64,000 nucleotides of DNA, from contig NW_024704757.1 in NCBI RefSeq assembly GCF_018977255.1, forward strand, positions 10,726,001-10,790,000, read 5' to 3'. This document shows positions 30,071 to 44,089 of this stretch, one piece after another (within the stretch, counting starts at the first letter, position 1; each line of letters opens with the position of its first letter). Source of the stretch: Callorhinchus milii (lineage: Eukaryota). The notes beneath the pieces are model-generated. The model had not been told where the DNA came from. It saw only the letters and a program-made list of their open reading frames with translations, and made no database searches. Both the position numbers and the translations under genes were made by a program.

Positions 30071-33000
30071 AGAGACAGAGACGGTGATTTTTAAATGTCC
30101 TTTTGTGTGTGTTTTAAAGGTTAGAAATAATCGGTGATTTATAGTGATGTGCAGAGGGAGGGTAGGTGGGGGGGGGGGTGTGCAGGGTGTAGGTACGCAA
30201 GGTCTCCTTGCAGCTGAATTGGCTCCAAGGTGACTTGCTTGGCTACGGGATGTTGGAATTGTGCGATGCGCTATGTAGTCTGGTTCCTGAGCGTGGAGGA
30301 TCTGCAGTACTCATCGGTAGGACGTGGAGTGGCCGACCAGTCACGGGTTTCTGAAGGGTATCTTTCCTGGTGAGATGTGAAACCGTTAAAAATAATAATG
30401 CATACAACAGCAACAACAATGAAATTACATTTGTACAGCGCCTTTCACGTCAGGAGAATGTCCCAAAGCGCTGGACATACAGAGTTTCGGACCCGAACTG
30501 GGGGTCAGGGAGTGAGACAGGGAAGCAGGATGATCGAAAGCACAGTCGAAGAGGAGGGTCTTGAAGGAGGTGAGGCACGGGGAGTGCGAGATGGAGTTCC
30601 AAAGGGTGGGGGCAGAGTGGCAGAAGGCCTGCCCACCAGTAGTGGGGCGAGCGATGCGGGGGACATGAAGTAGGCTGGAGCCCGCTGAGCAAAGGGAGCA
30701 AGCAGGATGGTAGGGCGTTAGGAGGTCGCAGAGGTAGGGGGGAGCAAGACCATGGAGGGCTTTGAAATGAGAGCGTGGAATGTTTGTATGCTTTGTGTGA
30801 TAGGAAGCCAGTGGAGTCGGGCGAGGAGCGCTCCCGTCTTGGACGGAGGAGTTGGGGAGGCCGACAAGCAATGAGTTTGCATAGTCAAGCCTCAATGTAA
30901 TAAATGTGTGTATGAGGGTTTCGGCGGTCTTCGGTGTGAGACAGTGGCGGAGCCGGGCGATGTTGCGGAGGTGAGAGAAGGCATAGCAGGTTATGCCGAA
31001 GATGTGGGGTAGAAAAGAAAGTTGAAGGTCAAACAAAACGCCAAGGTTCTGGACTGGCTTAGCAAGGTGGAAGGTGTATCCTGACGTGAGGAAGCGCTGA
31101 TGGGAGCCAATCAGGAGAGCTTCGGTCTTGTGGACGTTCAACTGAAGAAAATTAGCTCTCATCCAGGACTTGATGTCCGACAGACATTCTGTCAGCACAG
31201 CAGTGGTCCTGTAGTCAAGGGTGGAGGCAGAGGTATAGTTTGGTGTCATCCGCATACATGTGGAAGCTGACCCCATGTCTGCGGATAATGTCACCAAAAG
31301 GGAGCATATAGATATTGAAGAGGAGGGGACCAAGGATAGAGCCCTGAGGAAAGCCGCATGAGACGGTGTGGGGGCTAGAGGAGTAACCGTTTGTGGAGAT
31401 GAAGTGGAGGCAGTGTGAGAGATAAGATCTGAACGAGTGAAGGACAGAGCTGTGAAAGTTGAGGTGACAGGAGAGGTGGTGGATGAGGGTTGAGTGGTCG
31501 ACGGTGTCGAAGGCAGCATACGGGTCGAGGAGACCGAGGGGAACCCTGGTCGCAGATTTACAGAATGTCATTTGTCACTTTGACCAGAGCTGTTTCTGTT
31601 CTATGGGCATCACGGATACGTGATTGGAGGGGTTTAAAAAGGGAGTGGCGGGAGAGGAAGCATTGAAGCTGGGAAGCAACAACTCGTTCCAGGACCTTGG
31701 AGAGGAAAGGGAGGTTGGAGATTGGGCGGTAGTTTGGGAGTAGAGATGGGTCCAGGGAGGGGTTTTTAAGGATTAGCGTGATGACAGCGGTTTTTAATGG
31801 GGTGGGAACAGTACCAGTGTACAGGGAGAGGTTTATGATGTGTGAGTAGTGGTACAAGGATGCAGAGCTGGGAGGTAAGGTGAGGGGTAGGGATGGGATC
31901 GAGGGAGCAGCTGGTCGGTTTCATGTGGGTTATGATGGTGATGAGAGAGGAGGGGGAGACAGGTTCAAAGGTGTGGAGGGAGGGATGGGTAGGGGCCAGG
32001 GTGGGAGGGGGAGATGGGGAGAGTGTAGCAGGTGGAATGGCAGAGGCAGCTGAGTGGATTCTCTCGACTTTGGATTCGAAGACATCCAGCATCATCTCAC
32101 AGTTGGCATTAAAATTTTAAAGGAGGAGAATATCAGTGAAATGCCATATAAAGCTCCTGGCAGATAGGCTTGTTTGTTTTGCTTATGTGAATCTTTGCTT
32201 TCAGAAGAGACTTTATTCAGCGAGAGCTGCCCTTAAGTATGAAGCTGCGGCAGCCTCCCAGAGAGTTAAGCTTCCTGCTCAGGAGTTCCAGGTCAGTAAA
32301 TGTTGGCTTTGCTTGTTTCGTTTTCTAGAAATGTTATTCAGCCTCAACCACCCCATTGAGTGAGCTACTCAAAAACGTCAAGGAACGAGCCAGTTTAAGC
32401 TGTTTGTCGCCTAAAGATGTCCATGTTGCAAAAGCTTCTAGCATGAACCCTGGCTATTTTTACAGACTAACTTTTTTTTATTCCAGTATGGTTATTTCTC
32501 CATTTTTAATTATTTACAATCCTGGAGATAAAATATTGAAACAGATTACTGCAGCAAATGACATGTACAGTTTGAATCTGAATATTTACTATGGATTCCA
32601 TCACTCATGAAAAATGACATTCAATATTGTTAAAGCTTTATTGCTCTTTTATAAAATTTGATGCAATGTTTAGATTTAAATCATTAATCTTACAAATATT
32701 TTAAAATTAAAATCTAACCTGATGTGAAGAATGGCTTCATTAGTAAATCAAATTTGCCTTCAAAAACAGTAAATTCAATGAAATGCTATGAAATGTCTTC
32801 CTGATGTGAAAGATTATGTCAGATGTAAAGATTATTATTATTATTAGGGCAGCCTTGCCTGGAAGTTATAAAAATAACATTTTGGAACATTGTCAAAATG
32901 GAAATATTAATGTTTTACTTGTATTGAAGATGAAACAACGTTTGAAAGTTGGGAAAGTTATTAGAACTTGTATTCTTCTGCAGGTTTCCAAGTTACCCAG

Positions 33001-36000
33001 TGGGCTGGTGATTGCTTCTCTTGAGAATTACTCCCCTACCTCAAAGATTGGAGTCTTCATAAAGGCAGGCAGTAGATATGAGAATGCGGGGAATCTGGGT
33101 ATCACTCATGCTCTGCGTTTGGCTGCAAACATGGTAAGTATAAATAATCAAATGCAAGGATTATTATAAGTATAATGTTAAATCTGCAGCAGTTTAAAAA
33201 TCCATGACTCCTGTTTATCTGTTGGGCATTTTGGATGTATGATTCTCTCCTGGTGACTTATAGTTGAAATCCCAAATGTGCCAGAGTTGGGACTTAACTG
33301 TGAATGTAATGCATTTCAGCACCTATAATGTAGAAATTTAAGTCCTTTGATTGTAGCTCTGCAGTGCCTAGGGATCTGACTTACAGTAGTCATTTCCTGC
33401 GAATACTTGTTTTATTTTACAGACCACAAAGGGACATTCTTCATTCAAAATAACCCGTGGCATAGAAGCTGTTGGTAGCACCCTGAGGTAAGTGCTTGTC
33501 ATGCACCACTATTTACTAATTTGTTTCTGGTGAATCATCATGCTTGTCACACAGATTCTTTAGAAATGATACCTGGTGAGAGACAATATACAATATGGGT
33601 AGAGAGGCTAACTAAATTGGAGCAAGGTCCACTGGAGCAGATGGGGGATATGATAAGAGGTATTTAAGATAGTGAAGGAGTACGAAGGATGGATAAGGAA
33701 AAACTATTTCCCTTAGTTGGGGAAATGGTAATAAAAAAACATAGTCTCTGGATTATCAGCAGACTTAACTGTAGGAAAATTAGATTTTCGTGACATCATT
33801 CTTTAATTGCATTCAATCCTTATTCCCAATTTAGTTTATTATTGAGAAGCCTAGATCAAGGGACATAGTGCAGGACATCTGTCATCTTGAAGGAAGAGAC
33901 AAGCAGGTTGAGTTTTGGTACAACTAACATCTATTGTGTTAGTTGGTATGGATTAAATACTTCATTTCGTACATAACTGATGTGTAAGTGCAAAAAATAA
34001 AGCTCCATTCTGATGGTGCGAATAATTATTGTGCCTCACTAGTTAATGTGTTTTGCTTTGTGTGAAATGTGTAGGTATTTTTCTAAAAGCTGTTGTCAGG
34101 AGGTTCAGATGACTAATTTTTATTTTTAAAAAAATCTAGAAAAGTAAGAGCCAACTTTGTATCTACTTCTATCTTCATAGCGTGACATCTACGAGGGACA
34201 ATATGATCTACACTGTGGATTGTATACGGGACTATGTGTGAGTATTGGCATCTTTGCAGTCAGATTGGACAGCTAGAAGTTTTGAGCTGTAGGATATTTT
34301 TGTTTTTTAATTATGGGATAACAAGGTAAAACGTTGGTTTAACTAAATTAGTTCAAACCATTCAATTGGTGTATTGTGTTTTTTCAACTTTAAAGATTAA
34401 AGGTCCTACAACACTTTTCAAAAAGAGAGGGGAGGATTCAACTGTGAATCAGCAACGTGGGTGTGCAATGTTTATTATGCAAATTTTTATAGGAACAGTG
34501 TAAGGTTGGAGAGAGTGGGAGAAAGTGGGAGACCGAAAGCAAGGCAGAGAGAAAAAGCAGAGCTGGCACAGTGCCGTATCATTTCCATAATATAACGCCC
34601 GATTAAAGAAGGTTTTGGTTAGTCAATTATGTAGCCTATTTTGTGTGAAGCCCCATTATCAGTAGTTTATATATCCAATCAGGCTATGTTGTACATAAAT
34701 TCCTGTTGTGGCATCTCTAATTACTATTTCCCATTTGTTTCAGTGATACTGTAATGGAATATCTGATCAATGTTACTGCTGCTCAGGAGTTCAGACCCTG
34801 GGAGCTGTCTGCCCTCCCTCCCAGAATAAAGGTAGACAGAGCAGTTGCCTTTCAGAATCCACAAATAGGTGAGGCTTGAAAGTATGAGACAATGTCAGGT
34901 TTATCATTTTATAATTAACCAAGTAAACCTTGGATATGATGCTTCTCTTAAGTCCAATGGACAAGTAATTTGTCTTCCTTATTTGTAGCTGTTCTAGAGA
35001 ACCTGCATTCAGCTGCTTACTGTAACGCCCTCAGCAATTCCTTGTACTGTCCTCAATACATGATTGGTCAGCACACATCAGATAAGGTGAGGCAAAGCAT
35101 TGAAGCAAGCTTTCTCTCAAAACTTTCATTTTTTTTAATTAAAACTTTGTAAGTTTTAATGTTGCTTTCTTGTCTCCACAGCTCCATGAGTTTGTACAAA
35201 ACAACTTTACAAGTGGAAGGATGGCTCTTGTTGGATTGGGTAAGTTTCAAGTTAGGTGTATTAGCTGTAGCTTCACGCTCAGGTTTGCTTAGAAAACCAA
35301 AATAACTAGATTTAACATTCCACTTTTTCAATCATCTATCTAACTCTTTTAAACAATTTCATGGATTCTGCCTTAACAATAGATTGATTGAACTGAGTTT
35401 TACCTTGTGGTTTGGGATATACTAACTGGATATAGGAATACTAGTTACTCATGGAAATTAAAAGTAAAGTAACATTTTGCATAATAAGAGTTTTGCTTTT
35501 AAATGTACAGATTAATACCTGGGATAAAAGGAACGTAACTGTGCTGGGTAAATTTGGGTAGTATTTCTTCGATTTAAGGAAATCTCATTGAGGTATTTAA
35601 AATAACAAAAGCAAATTGACAGGTTAGAGAGAGGATGATTCTTCCCTTTGGTTGAGGGATCTAATACAAGGAGATATAATCTTAAAATTAGAGCTAAACC
35701 AGTTAGAAGTGAGATCAGAAAATATTTTTTTCCCACAGAAGATTATGAGTACCAAGAAGGCTGTAGCTGCAGAATCAGGGTTTAAAAGCGAGTTAAGATA
35801 CTGTCAAGTAAGGGTATCAAGAAGTATGGGGAAAAGGCAGGGAAATGGGATTAAAACATCTGCCATTATCCAATAAACTGATGAAATGGCTTGAAAAATT
35901 GCATTCCTACAGCTGAGTATTTTGCTCATTTTTTACTTTAGAATTTGTTTCAGCATGAACTAGATGATTGTTTCAATGTATTTTTATGTTCTGCCTCCCA

Positions 36001-38921
36001 CCCCATCCTGTCGTGACCTTCAGGGGTAAACCATGATATCCTGAAACAGGTGGGGGAACATTATCTGAACATGAGGAGTGGTACTGGCACAGCAGGAGCC
36101 AAGGCGAAGTTTCGTGGAGGTAAGCTGCCAGTGCTTTTGTGGACTTGTTTCCATTGTTCAGCAAAACTTTCTTGATCTGAAGAGATTATAACAGAATATT
36201 AAAGAGTAACATTTGCATTTATATACTGTTAAATAATAATCTTTGCATTGGTATAGTGCCTTATGACATCTTCGAGATGTTTCAAAGCGAATCACAGAAT
36301 ATACTGTAAAGTTAATTGACTGTATATTTTGTGGGCGAAACGTTGTAGTCAATTGCGCACAGCAGCGTCCCACAAACAGTTGAGGATTGAAGTGACCAAA
36401 TTATTATTATTTTTTGAAGGAATAATACCCCTGGAAAAGCGATTTCCCCAATCGACTAACAACCAGGTTCCTACCTACTGCTAGGTAGACAGAGGAGTGT
36501 GGAGTAAGGAAACGTGCCCAAAGTTTTGCCCTGCTGGGACTCAAACCCAGGTCTCTCGCTTGCAAGACGAGTGCTCTTACCACTGAGCTACAGGACTCCC
36601 AAAATTGCTCAATCAAGTTTTGAGGGTACTTGGATTAGAACGGATACTGGAGACTCATATTGCTCTCCTGAAACGTGTTCCTGTAAGTACACGTTTAACA
36701 AAATAGCTTAACACATGAACTTTCGACGTCCTTTTCTGCCAGGTGACGTCCGCAGTCAGAGCTCTGCTAGCCTGGTCCATGCTGCTGTGGTAGCAGAGGG
36801 TATTGCAGCAGGAACTGCTGAGGCCCACGCATTCAGTGTGCTGCAGCACATCTTGGCTCCTGGTCCATACATCAAAAGAGGCAGCAATGTGTCCAGCAAG
36901 CTGCACCAGGCAATTGCAAAGAAAACTTCAGACCCATTTGATGTGAGTTTTGCCTTGTTCTGAATTTGCCTTTCTCTTCTGTTTTACTCAGTTTTTCGAT
37001 CTGCCCTACATCAAACCAGACTCTTGACCTTTTTTTTTCCGAACAGGTTTCAGTTTTTAATGCAAACTACTCTGACTCTGGTCTGTTTGGCATTTACATC
37101 ATCTCACAGCCTGGTTCAGTAAATGATGTAAGTATGATACTTTTTGTTGGAAACTTTAAATTGACACTTTGGTAACAAGCTCTAGACTGAAAGTTGGCTC
37201 CTGCCTACAATTCTAGCTGTGTACGTTTTCTGTGTCTGACCAAGCCATGTCCCAAAAAAACATGAAGAAATATGGGAAAAGAGCTGGAAAGTGAGTTAAT
37301 AAAAGATAACAGTGACCAACATGGGCTGAATTGCCATATTATAAACAATTATTCCCCTTCTAATATCCAGTGGTGTCAAGAATGTGTACGAATAAGGCTG
37401 ATCATTGTATTGCATGACATGAACTGAGCTGCCTTGTCTCAAGACCATTCACATTCTTTTTGGTGACACAATGGTATTATCAGCTGCTTCAGTGCTGAAT
37501 TGGGTCGATTTAAAAGGTGATACGGTTGGTCACGGTTTCTGAAAACCCAACTATCATATACCTCTGCCGTCCAAGAACAGCCTTTTTTTAAAATACACCC
37601 AAACAAATCTTTTGGAATTTGAATTGAGCCTAAAACTCCCAATTTTGGGGCTAAAATAATTTTAATAAAAATTCTTAGATTACAGTACTATTAGAAAATA
37701 CCGCACTTGATTAAAACTTTCAATTGTTGAATCGTTTTAAAGCCGGATTGCTGGTGAAGTGCATTGTCTTATCAAGAAGGGCAGTATTTAAAGAATATGT
37801 TGCTGTAATTTGTGGCTTTATATGTGTTAATTTTACACTGTAACTGAATTTCAGGTCATCGGGACTGCACTGGCTCAAATCGGCATCATTGCAAAAGGCA
37901 ACGTCACCGAGGCTGATATCGCACAGGCCAAGTAAGCTGGATAGTTAACTCTCTGCCTTTGCATTAATAGCTGCACCTCTAATCCCGAGGTGGTTTGAGT
38001 GACTGAGACTGTTACTTTACAGGAAACAACTGAAAGCCAAGGCTTTGATGGCCGTGGAGACCTCTGACGGACTCTTGGATGAGATTGGCTCTCAGGTGCT
38101 GGCATCTGGCACGTATATACCCACATCCAGGGTGCTACAGGAGATCGACTCAGTGTCTCTCAATGACGTGGAGAATGTAAGTAATACTTGGTTTAGTCTA
38201 AAACATGTTAACCAACTGGCAAATCATAGAGTCAAAATTGTGGTAATCTTGTTTGTATTCCATTCCTTATTTAAGGAATGTTGCTGTTGAAGTTTTGAAT
38301 CATGGATTTTGGGGCCTTTCAATACCACTTCATAAGGAAACCCTGTAAATGGCTTCTGCTTTGCAGCAGCCCAGCTGCCCAGGAATCCTAAGGTGGTGGC
38401 TCTGAGTATATTCAACCATCTTTGAGTTGTACAATTATTCAGAAGTTGGAGTGGGGGGGAGGCACACAGAGAATTTCTAAACCCATTTTGATGCTGTTAT
38501 TTTTACTTACTGGGCCATGAGGGCTGCTAATATCTTGAATCTCAAAGTAAAAAAAATGAGCTTTTACTGAACCTAACTTTATTGGGACAGGGCAACATTC
38601 AACTTGTTCTGAACTCAGTTAAGTACAGAGATTGACGATGTCAAAGGCTTGCTTCCTGATTCTGTTCAGAAAGTTATTTTGATGTGGGGATGGGGTTTGT
38701 GTTGCAGGATTGTTCAGGTAATCTCATATTTGATACAGCATCTATAATACTGAAACATATAGTAACTGTAGTCAAACAATGCAGAGACCAAGTTTCCTTA
38801 ATCTCTCTTTTCCCCCTCCTCATTCTTTCTCTTACAGGCTGCAAAGAAGTTTGTATCTGGTAAAAAGTCGATGGCAGCCTGCGGTAACCTGGAAAACACA
38901 CCGTTCCTAAATGAGCTGTGA
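29472..38921 (+). CDS. UQCRC2: Cytochrome b-c1 complex subunit 2 (core protein II), mitochondrial, about 466 aa
   Basis: Fourteen GT-AG exons with consistent phases: 29472-29540, 32205-32291, 32984-33133 ([32 protein letters not shown]), 33423-33487, 34181-34237, 34744-34868, 34989-35086, 35182-35239, 36024-36119, 36743-36942, 37047-37127 ([14 protein letters not shown]), 37855-37931, 38023-38176, 38838-38921 ([12 protein letters not shown]). AATAAA at about 39160. Confidence 0.96.
30405..32095 (-). mobile_element. 5'-truncated, frameshifted L2 LINE (about 1.7 kb) in UQCRC2 intron 1
   Basis: RT motifs split across frames: [85 protein letters not shown]. Confidence 0.92.
36232..36600 (-). mobile_element. 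Full-length tRNA-derived SINE
   Basis: Minus strand starts GGGAGTCCTGTAGCTCAGTGGTAAGAGCACTCGTCTTGCAAGCGAGAGACCTGGGTTTGAGTCCC, with Pol III A box TAGCTCAGTGG, B box GGTTTGAGTCC and a TGC anticodon-like loop; followed by the family body and (TTA)n tail. Confidence 0.88.
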
Positions 38922-39729
38922 TTGTCATCAGCAGAACATCCTGAAGAGCTGCATTTGTACTTTATATCTGCTAACATAAGACTGGTCTCAAGGACTACCC
39001 TTTTATCCCCACTAAAGTTGCTGAGTAGCATATGTCATTATCTTTATTTTGTCACATTGAAACTAAACATAGGTAAGTGGCTGGGAAAGTGATGTTGTTG
39101 CAGCTCTCTATACATCTGTTGTAAATTAAGTTTACTTGTCTCAGAATTGTCCTCCCATCAATAAATCATTCGATTTAACATACTAAGTTTGGTAGAATAG
39201 AGTTTCTTTTAATTTGATATAAAAATGGCACAAATTGTGATCAAGTAGGGGTTCGGAACTGGGTATCGGAGGGGGATGGGATTCAAACCTCTTCTAAATC
39301 AACAGAAAACCATGAGAAAAATGTACACTTGGACACAGGTAGCACAGCAAAAGCTTCTTCCGATAATTGCTTCTGAGAACCCCAAATCCATATTCTGTGA
39401 GAAAGCTGTGGATGTCAAAGGAATGTGTAAGAATGTGATTCAGAGCATGGTTGACAAAGGACTAAAAGCTGGAGAAGTGTAAAGAAACAACAGCATCGAT
39501 GGCAGGTGTACATAGGAACACAGCTAAATCTTATAACAAAGACATACAGCAACTCTCTTTAAAGGTTGCAGAACACTGATAGAGTAAGTATCTCCCACAC
39601 GTAGTTTGTCCTGATTGGTCATGGGAACTTCCGTGTCTTGAATATGTCAATGTGTTTGGATTGTCATAAGATGGTTCGACAAGTGGATTGTAAGCTCCGC
39701 TGAGAAGTCTATTGCATGGGGTTGGACAT

Positions 39730-42098
39730 TCAGTGATATTTACGGATACTGTCTAGCTGAGTCATTGATGTTTCATCATGTTTGCCTTTCAGTGTTCCTG
39801 TCTCGGGTGGTTTTGATTTGGGGTTCTTGTGAGGGAGCTTGCTCTTTGAATATTTTTTATTGCGGTCATCGGTACCGACATTTCTCTTCTGGAGAGTTGG
39901 AGAGACTGTTTGCGACCTCTCATCTGAAGGCAGTTCATCCTCCCAGAATGCATCCGTAGATGAGGAAGATGAGGAAGGTGAGATTGTGTCAGCTTGTTGA
40001 GACCAATAGGGATAAAGCTTAGGGCTGTGCTTTAGAAATTCAGGGTTGGGCTCGTCCTCAAAAGAATGATGGAAGATGATGTCGCAATCGGCTTGTGGTC
40101 CAACGACCAGCACTCTGTAGTTTGTCTTTGAGTGGTGCCATGCCCTGGAGACTGGTGGCAGATTAACACTGGGGGTGTGCCATGTTGAGGAGACGGGTGT
40201 AAAGTGATTAAATTTCACAGTGATGTTATTGTCATCCTCGCTGCTTGACCGTGTGTCTGTTTCAGGACTGTTGGAACAGGAGAAACAGGTTTGGTTATTC
40301 GAATCTCCTCTACTCGCCCTCTGTCCTTATATATCCTTTGCATCAAATGTCTCAAAATTCCGCACCAACTTAAATTTTAACACGCAAATAATTTGGGGCG
40401 TCTGAAGTCATGAAAGGTAGCCAGTTGTGCGTATAAGTGCTTGTCCACTTCAAGTGTATAGTAGTAGATTAAGACCAAAGACTAAATAAGGCAGTATGAA
40501 ATAGCGTGGAGAGAGACTTGATGGTACTGCAAGATTGCACACAGTGCTGATCTCCAGGCTATTTGAGACTGTGATGAAATTAAATTATCATGAACTCTGA
40601 ACATATGATTTGAGATGTTACTGATGCCACGTGCTCCCAGATTGCAACCTACAGGCATTTGCTGTGACATCAGAAAGGCTTTAACATCTTACAATCATCA
40701 CAACAATATCTGGATATGTAAGTATGCACCACCATTTTTAATGTGGAACTTCTACTATCGACAAACTTGAATTTGCTTGCTGTCTGCTGCTGGTGGCTCT
40801 GCACCTTACCGTACTATTGATTTTAAGTTTTCAATTTCATTTTCCCAGTCATCCGGGAGTTCAAGGTAGTTTCTGTATACAGTAACCTCCACTTCAGTTT
40901 TCATTGGAATTTTCTCTATTAAATCGCACAGGTCCCGCAGCTTGTAGCCCAGGACATTTGTCTTTCCGATTTTAGCTATGATGTCCCCTGCAGAAGAATA
41001 ATTGACAAGCTCAGTCGGGAATTGTATGTAAAATAAAGGAAAAGGCTGTAATGTCTGGTGTAACATGCTATTACAACTTTATTACAAGTGCCAGACCGGC
41101 TCTCTTGGAGGAGCTCTTTATTGCATCTGGGTCAAACGTTTGTGGATTCGAACTTCACATTGGGACTTGACCTTCAAAGAACCATTCAGGTCAATAGAAA
41201 CATTTGTTCTTTAACCTCGACCGTGTTCAATTCTTAAATGGGTCTCAGTATTTATCACTTGATGGACTGTTTCAGTTTCAGTAAAGTTCTGTAAATAAAC
41301 TAGTCTCGCTCACAATTTGCTGCAAATGGAATCTCTAATCCAGTCTGAACAAAGCCAACTTTACTCCCTTTTTTCCCTCTGTTTTTAAGAAAAAGAATAA
41401 TCCTTGCATGTGATTTCGACCTTTTCACATCGGGAGGATGTATCAAAATGCTTCACAAGAGTCGCTGGTTGTGGCTTGAAATCACAATATTCTGCCTGAG
41501 GTGAGAGTCTGACCGCCTGTCAAAATAGTGGATGAGTCCATTGTTAAATTCGCACTTGGCAAATTCTATCCCATGGGCTTTTATTTTTATTTAATTTATC
41601 TGTATTATCTGTGATTGCTCCCAATGGATTCTCAGCCTCCTCTGATTCTATAGTCTTTCCCCAGCATTACACTACTGAGTCTGTGAACACAGGTCATTCA
41701 TATATGATGGAGTTGCTCTGATCAAATCTGTAGCTGATATCATCCACACAGACACTCTGTATTGTTGTGATGAGATTAATGGCTTTCACATTTCTGAGTG
41801 GAGTGAGAGGAAATACTACTCTACAACAGATGACCATGTTAGTGTTTTTTTTGGGGTGGGGATGTGGTGTTAAAATACCTGGCTTCAACATTCCTGATTT
41901 GTCCGCAGGTCCATCCTCAATAACTGTGATAATTTGCAGAAAACATCCATTCTGAATGACCACCAATCCCAGACCTTCAAGCCCCTTCTTGATTGGCGCA
42001 TGTACAATGGTACTTTGTTTCTCGTCAGCATCCCTTATTATGAACCTAGTTTGTTCTGAAACATAATGTACAATAGTCTCGCTTTTTTCATTGTTCAT
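39730..42098 (-). CDS. PDZD9: PDZ domain-containing protein 9, about 311 aa (upstream exons possible)
   Basis: Exons 41879-42098 (GLEGLGLVVIQNGCFLQIITVIEDGPADKSGMLKPG), 40810-40987 (DIIAKIGKTNVLGYKLRDL...VTVYRNYLELPDDW), 39730-40267 (...SPSSSSSSTDAFWED...). Phases match. Tail-to-tail with UQCRC2, as in human. Confidence 0.88.
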
Positions 42099-44089
42099 GC
42101 TTGTATATTATCATATATGTTATGTCACAGATATTGAACAAACAAAGCCGATCAGCAAAAGATTATCTCTACTAATTAACAAATCAGCAAAACTCAAGAA
42201 TTTAAAAAGCACAAATAGGAAGTTTGGAAGAAATGCTTTTGAACAAAGAGATTTTAGGATGTGTAATGTGCAACAAAGTTGACGTCAAGTCAACTGCAAT
42301 ATTTCGAAGGGAATTCGATAAATTCATGAAGGTTAGAGAGATATATAGTTTGATCTTTGAACCTGGAAAATAACTTTAAATATTAGCAGAAACTCTGTTT
42401 CCCAATAACGCTACATTTCTTTCAGACTATAAACTTACACTATATTTTTCATTCGCTGCTCCTGTTGATAAAAATAATGATCATTATATTTGATATAGCG
42501 CCTTTCACATCAGGAGGTCATCTCAAAGCTACACTGTAAAGTACAATTACTATTTTGTAGGTGCATGTGATGGCCAATTTCGCCACAGTAACTAATACTT
42601 CACAAACAGCCATGAAGCGAATGATTTTATTTGGGGCTTACTTTTTTCATGACACCTCTCATCATCATCCTCTGTTATCATTGAGACAATAGAGCTTTTC
42701 ATTTCTTGAGTAGACATTTGGAAGAAGGCTGTGCTGCTTAATGAGCTTAATACTTTAACCAAATGTGTTATTGCTAGTTACTGTAAAATGACTTTCTCTC
42801 AGCAATGAGCTATGAAATAAAATCTACCATGGCAACGAAAGTTTAAACAGTTTAAGAATGTTTCAAGTATAGAACATTGATAATTCTGGAACGTTGCGAG
42901 CCTGTGTTGAATGAATGAATGAATGAATCAGAGAGACTCCAATATGCTTTAACATTGTACTAAATATCCCCCCAAATTATATTCCTAATTTACAAATCAA
43001 TGGTGTCCGTATTGGAATTGATGCAAATTAGTAAATGAGTTTGTCTTTTGATCCTAGAAAATAACTTTAAATATTGGCTCAAATTTCTGCTACCCATTGT
43101 ACCAATGCTACCCATTGATAGTGATTGATCAATTACTGAAGCATGCTTCCATGGACAGACAAGATTCAGATCCTCTCTCTCTGTTGTCAGTTTGACTCAG
43201 TTGATTGTGCTTGCCTTTGGATTACAAAGTTGTGGGTGCATGCTTCCACAAATACCAAGAGGTGAACGAGCAATTAATGTTTGTTATCCAGGACCCAAGG
43301 AGAAATTCTTTTTCTTTTCCAAGTGTCTTGGGATTGTTGATGTTCACCTCAAGAATAGGCAGGTAGGGTTTTGCTTTAATATCTCACTCAAGAGGAATCC
43401 AGAGAAAAAAATTGACACCTGTCAAAAAGTGTGAGTTATTACAGTAGTCTGGAATCTCAGAGCTCCCATCTCCTCCCAAAGAGACTACCATTCTTTTCAA
43501 TAACACATCTTGAGATTATTAGGTTTCCAAGAGATAAGGGGCACTATAGTTGACTTCTTAGTTTTCAGGGATGTAGATAAAAATATTGGACAGAAATTAA
43601 GAGCATTTCACAGCACAGGAGATGGATATTTGGTCCATTATGCCCAATTTGGCTCGCTGAAGGTTATGTTTCGTATCATACCCCATTCCACTTTAGCCAT
43701 TGCATGAACCTCACTGGATCTGTCATTGCCCATTTTTTTTGTTTGTTTTTAGTCCCTTATCGGTTTGAGTGGACTTTGGGTTTCATATTTTAATCAGTGT
43801 TTCTGCCCCGAGGAAAGGGGAGCGGGCGGGCGGGCGGGGGACAAACTTAAAGAAAGTTATTTTTGTGACTTTCTCACTTAGGTTTTCCCAAAAAATATAT
43901 ATACACAGTCGCGTCTTGTGTTCAAATATTTATCTAATTTATTTTAAAAACTGGTTTCTGCTTGAACCAGCATTTTTGGTGGGACACCAAGTTATAATAA
44001 CTGTGCGTGTGTGTGTGTGTGTGTGTAAAAAAAAACACACACACAAAACCAGGCAGCAGAGGAACCTCCATCACTGCTGTTCCCTTCAG

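Noticed and set aside
30425-31857. Active reverse transcriptase gene
   Set aside because: RT motifs are split over several frames and the element is 5'-truncated; it is a dead L2 copy.
36528-36600. Possible tRNA-Ala(TGC) gene
   Set aside because: Acceptor stem is imperfect and the sequence runs straight into the SINE body; it is a SINE head.
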